In this document: positions 56,620 through 64,000 of the stretch, piece by piece
Position numbering within the stretch: the first letter of the stretch is position 1
Layout: every line of letters starts with the position of its first letter
Assembly: GCA_017464085.1 (NCBI GenBank)
Contig: JAFUEE010000104.1
Location: 16,226 to 80,225, forward strand
DNA: 64,000 nucleotides
From: Pseudomonadota bacterium
Lineage (GTDB): Bacteria > Myxococcota_A > Bradymonadia > UBA4248
Reading direction: 5' to 3'
Made by a program: the position numbers and the translations under genes
The notes under the pieces: generated by a model
Database searches by the model: none
What the model saw: the letters and a program-made list of their open reading frames with translations, nothing else
Told to the model about the DNA's origin: nothing

Positions 56620-58344
56620 ATGAATATCAGACATAAGAAGCTTTTGATCGGTTCTGTGGTGCTGGCCGCAGGCATGGCAGCCACGACGTCTTATGCTCAG
56701 GATGCAGCGCCTGGTGCTTCGGGAACCAAAGAACTGACATGGCAGGATATCAACGCCAATGATTCCAGGGATTTTTATGATCCATCGGTCATTGATCCGA
56801 GCGTAGGCGCTCAGACGGATAAGAATGCTCAGGCTGCGCGCAGCACGCTTGAGGCGACGCACGATGCCGATCTTCCGGAGCGTCCGCATGTCCAGCAGGG
56901 ATTGCCCGGGGAGAATTTTTTGGCGGCTCAGGTCGAGCAGATTTCCGAGCTCAGCGAGATCAAGCCGGGGCCGGCAATGACGCTCAAAGAAGCACTGCTG
57001 ATGGCCGATGAAAAGAACATCGACCTTGCGAGCGCGCGCGTACAGCTCGATACGGCGCGTGCTCAGCTCAAGCAGGCGTGGGCGATGCTCTTGCCGAACA
57101 TCTCCGCCTCTCTCTCGTGGGCGCATCTCGGCACGCCGGTTGATGGCACGGCTTCGACGCGTTCCGCCGTCTCGAGCGTCGGACAGACGTTTTCCAAAAT
57201 CGGGGAGCAGATGGGCGGCTCGACAGATCCGACAGCAGCCCTGATGTCCGGCGCGATCAAGCAGCTCGGCGATGGCATGGTCACCGCTTCCGAGCAGATC
57301 CCGAGCGCGATGGTTCAGGATTCGCTCGCTTTTGGCGTCACTGTCGGTCTCTCGATCGTCAATGTCGCCGGATGGTTCCAGCTCCGCATGCTCGATGAAG
57401 CGACCAGCATCACCGAACTCGGCATCGAGAATGGACGTCAGCAGCTCCTCGCAGGCGTTGCACAGGCTTATATGGCGGCTTTGCTCTGCGGGGAAGTCGT
57501 CAAGGTCCAGCGCGTCCAGCTCAAATCCGCACTCGATCAGCTCTCGCTGGCTCAGGGCCGCTATGATCGCGGCGCCGATGTCAAGCTCTCCGTCATTCAG
57601 GCTCAGTTTGCCGTCGAAAAACAGCGCCAGTCCTTGATTGATGCCATCTGGTCTTATGAAACGGCTCGCGATGCGCTCGCGAATCTCCTCAATACGGACG
57701 GCCTGCCCGTGCCTCAGCCCACGCATCTCAAAGGCGTCGGCATCACGAGTGATGAAGAGCTCGAAAATGAAGCACTCGCGGCCAACAGGACACTTAAAAT
57801 CAACCGCATGACTCAGGATGTCAACCGCCTCAACCTCAACGCGGCCATTGCCGGCTTCTTCCCGACTGTTTCAGGCTTCTGGAAATATGATTACACCTGG
57901 AGCGATGTCTGGATGAACGGCAAGAATGACTGGTCTGGGTCCGGCTCCTGGACGATGGGCGTCTCGATTTCCATCCCTCTTTTCGATTATTCAAAATTCG
58001 GTGTGCTCGACGAGCGGAAAGCGTCGATGCTTTCTACCGATCTCGCAATCCAGTCTACCGAAAATTCGACGCGCATGGCCGTTCGCAAAGCCAAACGCGA
58101 ATATTATTCGGCACTGTTCAGCGTCGATAATGCCAAGCGCCAGGTCGAGCTCGCGCGCGAAGCCCTCCAGCTCAATGAAGCGGCTTACAAAAACGGCGCA
58201 TCGACTTTCATCGATGTCAGCAATGCGCGCAACAATGTCGCATCCGCTTCGATCGCATACATCACATCCGGCATTCAGTCCGAGCTCTCTCTGATCTCCC
58301 TGATCTCGACACTCGGACGCGATATCATGGAAGTCGTGTACTAG
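56620..58344 (+). CDS. Outer membrane efflux protein (TolC-like OMF) of the RND system
   Basis: Signal peptide MNIRHKKLLIGSVVLAAGMAATTSYA. Two repeated OEP halves (LKEALLMADEKNIDLASAR...; RQVELAREALQLNEAAYKNGASTFIDVSNAR). Confidence 0.85.
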   Translation: MNIRHKKLLIGSVVLAAGMAATTSYAQDAAPGASGTKELTWQDINANDSRDFYDPSVIDPSVGAQTDKNAQAARSTLEATHDADLPERPHVQQGLPGENFLAAQVEQISELSEIKPGPAMTLKEALLMADEKNIDLASARVQLDTARAQLKQAWAMLLPNISASLSWAHLGTPVDGTASTRSAVSSVGQTFSKIGEQMGGSTDPTAALMSGAIKQLGDGMVTASEQIPSAMVQDSLAFGVTVGLSIVNVAGWFQLRMLDEATSITELGIENGRQQLLAGVAQAYMAALLCGEVVKVQRVQLKSALDQLSLAQGRYDRGADVKLSVIQAQFAVEKQRQSLIDAIWSYETARDALANLLNTDGLPVPQPTHLKGVGITSDEELENEALAANRTLKINRMTQDVNRLNLNAAIAGFFPTVSGFWKYDYTWSDVWMNGKNDWSGSGSWTMGVSISIPLFDYSKFGVLDERKASMLSTDLAIQSTENSTRMAVRKAKREYYSALFSVDNAKRQVELAREALQLNEAAYKNGASTFIDVSNARNNVASASIAYITSGIQSELSLISLISTLGRDIMEVVY

Positions 58345-58402
58345 AAGAGCCTTCAATCAGGCTTGAAGCGCTGCAGTCCGATGGGCTGTGGCGCTTTTTT
58401 TT

Positions 58403-58476
58403 GCGCGCCGCTATCCGCGTGAACGCGGATACGCGCCGCCTTTCGGCCTATTGCCGCTTTGCGGCAATACGGCGCG
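58403..58476. repeat. REP-like element subfamily B copy B1: two hairpins tatccgcgtgaacgcggata and tattgccgctttgcggcaata
   Basis: Near-identical to copy B2 at 62209..62278. It lies 3' of the GLUG lipoprotein gene. Confidence 0.85.
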
Positions 58477-58657
58477 TTATTTCATATCAACTGCGGGAAG
58501 CAATCGCACGATGCGACAAATCAGCACTGCGGGAAGCAATCGCGCGCAACGAAAGATGATGCAGGATGGCTTGAGGCAGTCGCGTCAGGAAATGCTCAGA
58601 CGCAGAGCTGCGGCAGCGCATCGGCGCATGTTTTGCCGCAGGCTTCGCGAGAACTGG

Positions 58658-61600
58658 TCAGTGGCAGTTGTTCGGGGTGATGCCAGGCATCGGCAGGGTA
58701 TAGGTGCCATAACCAGGAATAGAGCAAGTCTTTGACAGCCAGTTGCCATTGGAACAGTTGGCTTTGAGCGCATTGAGCATCGCCGTGCCATTGGTCGTGG
58801 GCGTGTTGTTGCTCAGTGTGAATAGCGAAGACGTGCTTGTGTAGTTCTTATCTGTGGCCGTTTGATATGTCTGATTATAGACGAAGTTGGGGGCAGTTTG
58901 ACTGAACGTTTGTGAGCCGTAGCAGACAGCAGCAGTATTTTGCGAGTTCGTAAAGACAGAGGCTATCCAGTTGCAGTTGAGGGTTGAACCAGACGAATGG
59001 GAAGCGTCGGAGGTGCCGACCAAGCCGCTCTTTGTGTCACCCGACAGGCGTGCTACAGCAAAGCTGTTCTGGATGGATATTGACTGCGTGTTTGTAGCGA
59101 TATAGCCGACGAGACCCCCGGCAGGATAGCCCGATATGTTCCCGAAGGCGCCAGATTTGATTATGGATGTGCCGGTTTTTTGTTCACCGATGAGACCGCC
59201 GGATGCGCCCCCGCAGGTGATATTGCTGTTATAATAGGACGCCTGGATGCTTCCGCCTGTGAATGAGCCTGCCAGACCGCCGCAAGTGCCCATCGCTGAG
59301 AGGATACATGTGGCATAGGAACGCGTAATTACTAAGCCACTGCTTATGCCGATGAGACCGCCATAATAGTTTCTTGATGCACCGTTCACATTGCCTGAGG
59401 CGTGTGAATCGCTGATGGAGCCGCCTCCACCCTGACCGATGAGGCCGCCGGCGATTCCGCTTGCAGCTACTGTTTTGCTGGATGCGCTGCTGTTCGTGAC
59501 GCTTGTTCCTGACAGCATCCCGATGATGCCGCCTGATATCTGCGCAGTAGCCGTAACGGATGCGCTTGAGGTGACGTTTGAAACGCTTCCGTTCTCTATC
59601 ATGCCGATCATGCCGCCGACTTTGTTTTTCCCAGAAACTGTGCCGCTGACGGTGATGTTGGAAAATTCTGCATGAGTGGCCTTTCCTGCCAGACCGCCGA
59701 CAGTATCGTAACTGGATGAAATGCTGACTGAGAGTTTCAGGTCTTGGAATTTCGCCTTGTTTGAGCTTTCGGCCTTGATTAATCCAAAGATACCGCAATA
59801 CTCGGCATTGCATTTCAGTGTGCCCGATAGCGTTTTGTCATTGCCGAGAATTGTTCCCGAAAAAGGATGAGCGCCTGTACCTGTGCCGACCCAGCTATTC
59901 TGGGTGCCGAGATCGATGTTGCGCGTCAGCGCAAAGGTGGCGTTATCATTGTCGGAAGGCCAGTTTTTGCCTTCATTGATCGCATTGCGGAAGCTCAAAA
60001 AATCTTCGGCCGAAGAGATGCATGCGGCTTTGACATTGTTGATTGTCGTATATCCGCCCGGGCATTTGCATGTCTTATTCTGGCAAGTTTCGCCATGAGC
60101 GCAGGCATTGCCGTGGCTGCCGCAGTGGCTATCGCTGTCTGGTTCGCAGGTGTTGTTGTAGAGATGATAGCTGGCTTTGCACGCAGTGGCTCTGCATTGC
60201 TTGTCTGTGCACGTGCCGTTTGCCCATCCGGTGATGAGCGCCGCGCAGGCGTTGTCATGACTGCCGCAGTTGGCCTGGGAGTCCGGTTCGCAGGTGTTGT
60301 TATATAGATGTGCGCTGGCGTTGCATGAATTAATCTTGCATTGGCCAGATGAATCACAGGTGCTGCTCGAAACATTGGAAAGCGCGCTGCAGTCTGTGCA
60401 CGAGATGCCGCAGTGATTTGTTTCATTAATGCACTGGTTGTTGTATAGGCAGCTGTTGTTGCAGGTCGATTTGACACAAGTGCCGGCTTGGCAGAACTCA
60501 TCCTTTGCTGCGCATGTGTGACCGCAGCTGCCGCAATTGTTCGAGTCTGTATTAAAATTGGATGTGGGGATACAGTTCGGAAGGTCGGGCGTGCCGCAAT
60601 TGGTATATCCAGCTTCGCACTGGAATTGGCATTTGCCCTTCAAACATGTGTTGGAGGTCGCATGGCTTTGCGGATGGTTGGCGCAGACATAGCCGCATGA
60701 GCCGCAGTTCTGAGCATCTGCGGCATACAGGTTCACGCACGCATTTGCGCAGAGCGTTTCCGATGAGTTTGGGCAGGAAGTCTGTATGCATTGACCGTTC
60801 AGGCAATTCTGACCTGAGGCACATGTCTTATAATTCTGGCACTGGGCATCTGCGCCGCAGAAGGTGTTGTCCGATTGCGGGTCGATGCAGACTGCGGTGT
60901 AAGAGTCGCGCATGCATCGGATCATGCTGGAATCGCAGTCATCTTTGCATTCCCCGTTCGAGCAGAGTTGCCCAGGCGCGCATGGAGATGGCGGATCGCC
61001 GCATGCGGATGGCGAATCCTGTTCGCAGGTTTTGCCGGACAGGTGATATCCCGCAGCGCACGACAGAGGTACGCAGGTCATGTCCGTGCAGGTGCCAAAC
61101 GCCCAGCCTTGAATGATATTTTTGCACTGGAGATTATGTTCGCCGCAATTGTCGATGCTGTCCGGTTCGCATTGATTTTGATAGAGGTGCTGCCCTGCGT
61201 CGCATTCGGTGCGGGGCACACATTTGCCGTCTTTGATTTCATAGATGCTTTCGCATTTCGTGACCACGCATTCGGTCTTGAAGCATTCGTTTTCGCGGCA
61301 TACGCCGCCGGAACATTCGGAATCGCTCTGGCATTCCTTATGGCTGTTGACCAGCTCGCATCCGCCGGAAATCCATCCCGCGCGTTCGGTGCAGATGTTG
61401 CCGTGGCTGCCGCAGTTGTTCAGGTCATCGGGTTCGCATTGACCGTTATAGTAGTGCATGCCGATGTCGCAGCCGATCCTTGCCTCGCATTTGCCATTGA
61501 AGAGGTCGTATCCTTTGGCGCTGTCGCAGGCTGTTGCGGAGCACAGGCTGTTGCGGCATTCCCCGTCAATCCAGCCGCTGATCATATTCTGGCAAACGTT

Positions 61601-62128
61601 GCCGTGGCTGCCGCAGTTATAGATGTCGTCTTCTTCGCAGATGCCTTTGTATAGATGCTGGTCAGGGCTACATTCTGTCAGTGCATTGCATTTTCCTGCA
61701 TTGACCGTGTACCCTTCTTGGCAGCTGTCTGCATGACATTTGCCAGACCGGCATGAGCCTGTTTCCCAGCCCGGGATTTCGTGCGCGCAGCTGTAATCAT
61801 GTTGTCCGCAGTTTTCAAGATCGTCCGGCTCGCAGTGCCCGTTGTAGATATGTTCGTCCTGTTCGCATTGGATGGCAGTGCAGTAAAATAGGCCACTGTC
61901 GTCTTGCGCGCAAACCGGCACATCAGACGGGCACATGCCTGTACTGAAGTTTTTCTCGTAATTTTGGCTGTCGCAAGATTCGGCTGTGCAATCTTGAGAC
62001 TTGATATAGCTGAGTTTGCCGGCCTGGTCTTTGGGCGGGCATGGGTCGCCATAGCGCTCGATATCGTCCAGGGCGCAGCTGTTGAGGATAACTATGCTCG
62101 ATATATAAAACAGAATTCTTTTATGCAT
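58658..62128 (-). CDS. Lipoprotein with N-terminal Cys-rich ~48-aa repeats (HxYNGxCEPDDxxNCGSHGNxC...) and C-terminal GLUG-motif repeat domain
   Basis: GGAG RBS. Signal and lipobox are ILNSCALDD. At least 6 Cys-rich modules. The C-terminal 450 aa carry repeated GG[LIM][IAV]G motifs (VGGLAGKA, GGMIGMI, GGIIGML, GGLIGQG, GGLIGIS, GGLAGSF, GGLIGEQ, GGLVGYI) typical of the GLUG motif family. Confidence 0.8.
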   Translation of the reverse strand: MHKRILFYISSIVILNSCALDDIERYGDPCPPKDQAGKLSYIKSQDCTAESCDSQNYEKNFSTGMCPSDVPVCAQDDSGLFYCTAIQCEQDEHIYNGHCEPDDLENCGQHDYSCAHEIPGWETGSCRSGKCHADSCQEGYTVNAGKCNALTECSPDQHLYKGICEEDDIYNCGSHGNVCQNMISGWIDGECRNSLCSATACDSAKGYDLFNGKCEARIGCDIGMHYYNGQCEPDDLNNCGSHGNICTERAGWISGGCELVNSHKECQSDSECSGGVCRENECFKTECVVTKCESIYEIKDGKCVPRTECDAGQHLYQNQCEPDSIDNCGEHNLQCKNIIQGWAFGTCTDMTCVPLSCAAGYHLSGKTCEQDSPSACGDPPSPCAPGQLCSNGECKDDCDSSMIRCMRDSYTAVCIDPQSDNTFCGADAQCQNYKTCASGQNCLNGQCIQTSCPNSSETLCANACVNLYAADAQNCGSCGYVCANHPQSHATSNTCLKGKCQFQCEAGYTNCGTPDLPNCIPTSNFNTDSNNCGSCGHTCAAKDEFCQAGTCVKSTCNNSCLYNNQCINETNHCGISCTDCSALSNVSSSTCDSSGQCKINSCNASAHLYNNTCEPDSQANCGSHDNACAALITGWANGTCTDKQCRATACKASYHLYNNTCEPDSDSHCGSHGNACAHGETCQNKTCKCPGGYTTINNVKAACISSAEDFLSFRNAINEGKNWPSDNDNATFALTRNIDLGTQNSWVGTGTGAHPFSGTILGNDKTLSGTLKCNAEYCGIFGLIKAESSNKAKFQDLKLSVSISSSYDTVGGLAGKATHAEFSNITVSGTVSGKNKVGGMIGMIENGSVSNVTSSASVTATAQISGGIIGMLSGTSVTNSSASSKTVAASGIAGGLIGQGGGGSISDSHASGNVNGASRNYYGGLIGISSGLVITRSYATCILSAMGTCGGLAGSFTGGSIQASYYNSNITCGGASGGLIGEQKTGTSIIKSGAFGNISGYPAGGLVGYIATNTQSISIQNSFAVARLSGDTKSGLVGTSDASHSSGSTLNCNWIASVFTNSQNTAAVCYGSQTFSQTAPNFVYNQTYQTATDKNYTSTSSLFTLSNNTPTTNGTAMLNALKANCSNGNWLSKTCSIPGYGTYTLPMPGITPNNCH

Positions 62129-62208
62129 ACAAAACTCCGATAAGCCCCCCCGAATGGCGGAGAATAGTCAGCTTTTGTGTTCATATCAATGGGAAAACAG
62201 GCGCTTGG

Positions 62209-62278
62209 CGCGCCGCTATCCGCGTGAACGCGGATACGCGCCGCCTTTCGGCCTATTGCCGATTTGCGGCAATACGGC
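62209..62278. repeat. REP-like element subfamily B copy B2
   Basis: cgccgctatccgcgtgaacgcggatacgcgccgcctttcggcctattgccgatttgcggcaatacggc lies 3' of the partial paralogue gene. Confidence 0.85.
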
Positions 62279-62498
62279 CTTCATGAAGGAGTCCGATGAG
62301 GAGTGCTAAATCGCATGTCCTCATCAGATTGCTGTTATTGGTACATGATAAGGCTTGGTGCTATGATCAAAAAATGCTTCTATGTGCCTTCAAGTGTCTA
62401 GATGCGCAGAGTATTGAGCAGTCAGGCGGAAAAGCATGAGAATACCAAAATGGCAAAAAATCCCCGGAACTCCCGGGGATTCTGATCATTACTATGGG

Positions 62499-64000
62499 TC
62501 AGTGACAGTTGGCAGGGCTGAGATCTGGTGGGATTGATAGGGTATAAGTGGCCGGGCCTGCCAGACCGTTGCTGAGCGTGCAGGACTGTGCTGTCCATTT
62601 GCTGGAGCATTCGTTCTTGAGTACATTCAGGATATGTGAGCCTTCCCACATGAGTGTGTGGTTAGAGAGAGGGCTTATGTTTGCATACTCTCTGTTGGTG
62701 GCTGAGGAATACGTTGCCTCGTAAACAAAATTTGGTCCGTTTTGCTTGAATGTTTTTTCACCATTGAGCACGGCACCTTTGGCGTTAGATTGCCCTTTAA
62801 AGACAGCGCCGATCCAGTTGCAATCCAGAATAGATGCGCCATCGGCCGGCGCGTTGGAGCTGCCAATCATGCCGCCTGTGGTGGTTCCAGTCAGATCGAC
62901 TGCTGTAATGTTGTTCTGAAGCTTCAGTGTTTTGGCTTCTTTGTCGACAGTGCCGATCAGGCCGCCAGATGTGCTGCCTGAGACAATCCCGAATGCGCCG
63001 GAATTATAGATTGTCGTTTCTGAATAGGCTCTGCCAACGAGGCCTCCGTTAGAACCGCTGCCGTCGACAGTGCCGTCATGATAGGAAGACTTGATGGTAA
63101 CTCTTGATGTAGAACCTGCGATGCCACCGCTTGCACTGTCTGAGCCAACCAAGCCTGTCGAATAACAATTGGTTATTGAGCCTTCTGATGCAAAGCCGGA
63201 AATTCCACCTGCTTGGAAGCCTGTAATTGTTCCTGTAGAGTATGAGTTTGTGATGCTTACACCGTTAGAACTTTTTCCCGCAATTCCGCCTGCCTGGCTT
63301 CCGTTGGCTGTCACAGCTCCTGAGGTGTTGCAGTGTGTAATATTGGTACCTTGAACTTCTCCGACAATGCCGCCAGCGCTTTGGTCAGATGCGGTAACAC
63401 TGCTACTGGATGAGCATGTATCTATCTCTCCTGGTGCAAAATATCCAACAATGCCGCCGACATAGGATTTGCCATTGATTACGCCTGTCGATGTGAGATT
63501 ATGGAGATTGGTATAAGTTGCATGACCGATAATTCCACCGACATAATTACTGCTGGAATTGACTGTAACCGTACTGCGTATCCCTAGGATATTTGTAGAT
63601 GATGTATCTTTTCCTGCTGCATAACCGAAGATACCGCATTTGTCACTACTGCAATTGAGAGAGCCAGAGATTGTCGCGTTGCTGAGACCGTAGAAATTTC
63701 CAATAAATGGATTGCTGCTTGTACCGACGCCTATCCAGTTGTTTTGAGTTCCTAGGCTGATACTTCGCGTGAGCGCATAAGATTTATTTGTATTGTCGGA
63801 TGGCCAGGTTTTGCCGCTATTGATTGCATTTCGGAAGCTCAAAAAATCTTCGACAGAAGAGATGCATGCGGCTTTGCCGCCATTGACTGTCGTATATCCG
63901 CCCGGGCATTTGCATGTCTTATTCTGGCAAGTTTCGCCATTTTGGCATTTATTTCCATGGCTGCCGCAGTTTGTGCTGCTGTCGAGTTCGCAGGCATAGC
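62499..64000 (-). CDS. Tandem paralogue of the Cys-rich/GLUG lipoprotein, 5'-truncated by the window edge
   Basis: Minus-strand translation is open from 62499 to the window end. The last ~160 nt are near-identical at DNA level to 59995..60160 (CKCPGGYTT...ACISS.EDFLSFRNAIN). The C-terminus has GLUG-type GG[IL]xG repeats. The annotated 447-aa ORF starts at a TTG that is an internal Leu. Confidence 0.75.
   Translation of the reverse strand, partial: YACELDSSTNCGSHGNKCQNGETCQNKTCKCPGGYTTVNGGKAACISSVEDFLSFRNAINSGKTWPSDNTNKSYALTRSISLGTQNNWIGVGTSSNPFIGNFYGLSNATISGSLNCSSDKCGIFGYAAGKDTSSTNILGIRSTVTVNSSSNYVGGIIGHATYTNLHNLTSTGVINGKSYVGGIVGYFAPGEIDTCSSSSSVTASDQSAGGIVGEVQGTNITHCNTSGAVTANGSQAGGIAGKSSNGVSITNSYSTGTITGFQAGGISGFASEGSITNCYSTGLVGSDSASGGIAGSTSRVTIKSSYHDGTVDGSGSNGGLVGRAYSETTIYNSGAFGIVSGSTSGGLIGTVDKEAKTLKLQNNITAVDLTGTTTGGMIGSSNAPADGASILDCNWIGAVFKGQSNAKGAVLNGEKTFKQNGPNFVYEATYSSATNREYANISPLSNHTLMWEGSHILNVLKNECSSKWTAQSCTLSNGLAGPATYTLSIPPDLSPANCH

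Noticed and set aside
56611-57726. 371-aa minus-strand ORF inside the TolC-like gene
   Set aside because: Antisense shadow ORF. The + strand product has clear OMF repeats.
62499-63842. Treating the 447-aa ORF as a complete gene starting at 63842
   Set aside because: The annotated M is a TTG that aligns to an internal Leu (EDFLSF) of the full-length paralogue. The reading frame is open upstream to the window edge, so the gene is 5'-truncated by the window.
1-64000. tRNA/rRNA genes, IS elements, transposases, integrases
   Set aside because: No T-loop (GGTTCGAATCC-like) or anticodon-arm structures with a tRNA-like context were seen. No DDE or tyrosine recombinase-like ORFs and no terminal inverted repeats bounding an ORF were seen. 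The abundant repeats are short non-coding palindromes rather than IS ends.

Overview
This 64-kb window is a dense bacterial chromosomal segment with high GC content; the phylum cannot be assigned from sequence alone. Genes are large, many products begin with lipoprotein signal peptides, and the overall flavour is Myxococcota- or Bdellovibrio-like. Two kinds of gene are interleaved.

(a) Recognisable housekeeping genes are a sugar-1-phosphate nucleotidyltransferase, a DsbA-like oxidoreductase, pyridoxal kinase, rpe, pepP, the dnaB-ribA-panB-panC string, an M20 amidohydrolase, Skp, an esterase, and a DtxR/FeoA regulator. There is also a complete tripartite RND efflux operon (MFP-RND-OMF).

(b) An unusual set of giant secreted or lipoprotein genes is present. 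These include several cysteine-rich repeat proteins of 1156-1227 aa and a 2040-aa surface lipoprotein with Ca-binding TSP3-like motifs. There is a 2525-aa TPR protein next to a 636-aa TPR protein, a lipoprotein with four PPC domains, and a Calx-beta-like protein with an ALK-type glycine-rich C-terminus. Two tandem paralogues combine a Cys-rich N-terminus with a GLUG-motif C-terminus; the second runs off the window end.

Three further multidomain proteins stand out. One is leaderless and combines LysM, a phage-type lysozyme and an SGNH hydrolase. One is a lipoprotein with a formylglycine-generating-enzyme (FGE/SUMF1) domain fused to TPR-like helices and a beta-rich C-terminus. One is a standalone 399-aa protein with weak RelA/SpoT-synthetase-like motifs.

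The most distinctive non-coding signal is a family of at least a dozen intergenic GC-rich palindromic elements. They share a core of TAT, a variable stem-loop, then ATA, often bracketed by GCGGC...GCCGC. They fall into three subfamilies and occur at terminator, promoter and inter-operon positions. I read them as a REP/BIME-like element family.

Several genes carry in-frame coding tandem repeats with units of 15, 30, 33, 39 and 60 bp. No tRNA, rRNA, CRISPR, transposase or prophage genes were recognised.
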